This document shows positions 62,601 to 64,000 of a stretch of 64,000 nt of DNA, piece by piece. This DNA is from Chlorokybus atmophyticus. Taxonomy: Eukaryota > Plantae > Mesostigma and Chlorokybus algae. Positions within the stretch are counted from its first letter, which is position 1, and the number at the start of each line of letters is the position of its first letter. The notes beneath the pieces were generated by a model, which ran no database searches, was not told the origin of the DNA, and worked only from the letters and a program-made list of their open reading frames with translations. Made by a program: the position numbers and the translations under genes. The stretch lies in contig RHPI01002090.1 in assembly GCA_009103225.1 (NCBI GenBank), positions 308,625 to 372,624 of the forward strand. Reading direction: 5' to 3'.

Positions 62601-64000
62601 CATACAAGTGCAACCGCACGCGATCTTCATTTCCTGATCGTGAGATTTTGCTGCGCTACGAGCAGGTAAGCAGTTATAGCTGATCGTGGTGTGTATGCCC
62701 CAATGAATGACAATGTCACCAATTGAAGTCCTTGCAACATGCATTTACTTCATGTGACCCACAGGCCCTGGAACGCGGATGCCATGTCAGTAGTTTGTTG
62801 GAAAGCATGGCACTGACTGACGTCCTGCCGCACACTGAGAACTTCCTTGATGAAGCTCTGCATAGCCTGATATGTGCACCTTCCAAAAGCGCATACAATG
62901 ACTACCCTTTCCTGGCGCGGTTCACCGCTGCGTGGGTGGACGCTCTGGTGCTGACTTGTGGAGTGTCGCTGCTTGAAAGGCACAAGCAATTTGACCGCGC
63001 CATAGAGTTGTTGCAGGTAAATGCATCACATTGTTGTGAATATGCACATGTTGGTTGTCAATACTGGGGGAACAGATTGCTGGTTACAACTATGACGTGC
63101 TCAATGCTACTGGCAGGCATTGCTACGAGAGCAGTGGTGTCCTTCCAAGCGAGGTCATTGGTGGGAGCGCCTATGCATTGACCTGCAGCATGCCAAGGTG
63201 TTGGTTGGCTGTCAATCAGCCTGTTGGGTATTGCTAGGCTTGCCCTGCCTGCTGAAGTGTCGGCATGTGGCAGGGCCCAAAAGCCAGTTTAGAGGTGGCT
63301 AAAACCGCCCTTCAAGACAGTTGGGTTCGAGGAGGCTCGCGTGTCGCTCTCGAACGGAAAGTGGCACGACTGACCAAACGCTTCAGCCCCTACTCCACTA
63401 ATCTTTATCCTGCCGCATTACAACCTCCATGCACAGAGGTAGGCTGCACATGCTGCACTCGTTTCATGGGGCTATGCGTATGGTACCAACATTGGTGTCC
63501 AGCCTTGACTGTTACAAGGATGTGCATATGCTTGCAACCGAAATGAACACATCTGCGTAAGCCCCCCCACTCTTCTCACGCACATGCACATGCACAATAA
63601 CGCCCGCCTCAGTCAAACTTGCCAGCCAGTTTACTCAATGAATCGTGCATGGTGCAGCGCATCTCATTTCATCTGCTGAGTTTACAGGTGCAGGTGACGT
63701 CAACCAGCTACCACGATGTTGGCTAATCATCCTCTTTCTGCAGGTAGTACTGGAAGGTCGTCCACTCAACTGTGTTGTTGGCATGAAAAGCCTGTTCTTT
63801 GGCTTTGATGACTCCATGTGCAGTGTTGAGCAGCTTGCGCTACAACACTATGCAAGGTACAGTATCTACATGGTGAAAGCAGTCAGTGATGCATGTACAC
63901 ATGTATTCATGCCTGACATGCGAGTCAAAACTGCCACACTCATAGCCAATCTCTGTACAGCTCTGAAGCAGGCGACTGGCAGGGTTGCCATTCGGAAAGC
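59694..64000 (+). CDS. FAN1: Fanconi-associated nuclease 1, plant-type (UBZ, HIRAN, SAP-like, TPR); 3' end beyond the window
   Basis: LRGLESLRRVVGPRR N-terminus; CPVCNKEL...NAHI|DACL (UBZ); VVGRRF...REPDNPQDCNAILV...LGHLPARIAQILAPL (HIRAN); QRLFVRVFQRKG; RGHWWERLCIDLQH; CSVEQLALQHY. Confidence 0.93.

Overview
Gene-dense, intron-rich eukaryotic nuclear DNA from the green lineage. The evidence is short GT-AG introns, plastid transit peptides, and plant-type IBR5, FAN1, ABCI12 and UPF0426. An early-diverging green alga is likely, but the taxon is inference. Almost none of the supplied six-frame ORFs is a whole gene, so models were assembled by hand from exons and their boundaries are approximate. 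Genes in order: secreted kelch/extensin chimera; degraded duplicate of a gene 5' end; orphan coiled-coil polyQ gene; ABCI12/EcfT; SURF2; RPN7; ERG28; RAD50; a weak hypothetical; STN1-like; DUF4079 with a same-strand UPF0426 ORF in its last intron; TSEN54; GatC; HRD3/SEL1L; endonuclease V; SDR reductase; NSE4; G-patch protein; CAND2/TPRA1; IBR5; FAN1 (runs off the right end). No rRNA, tRNA, CRISPR array or intact transposase was found. Best leads: (1) a GatC-TSEN54 candidate bicistronic unit with a predicted intron through the GatC stop codon; (2) two plastid proteins apparently sharing one transcription unit (DUF4079/UPF0426); (3) long palindromes with a 0-1 nt spacer in intergenic DNA, including a perfect 68-bp one; (4) five genome-maintenance genes within about 40 kb.
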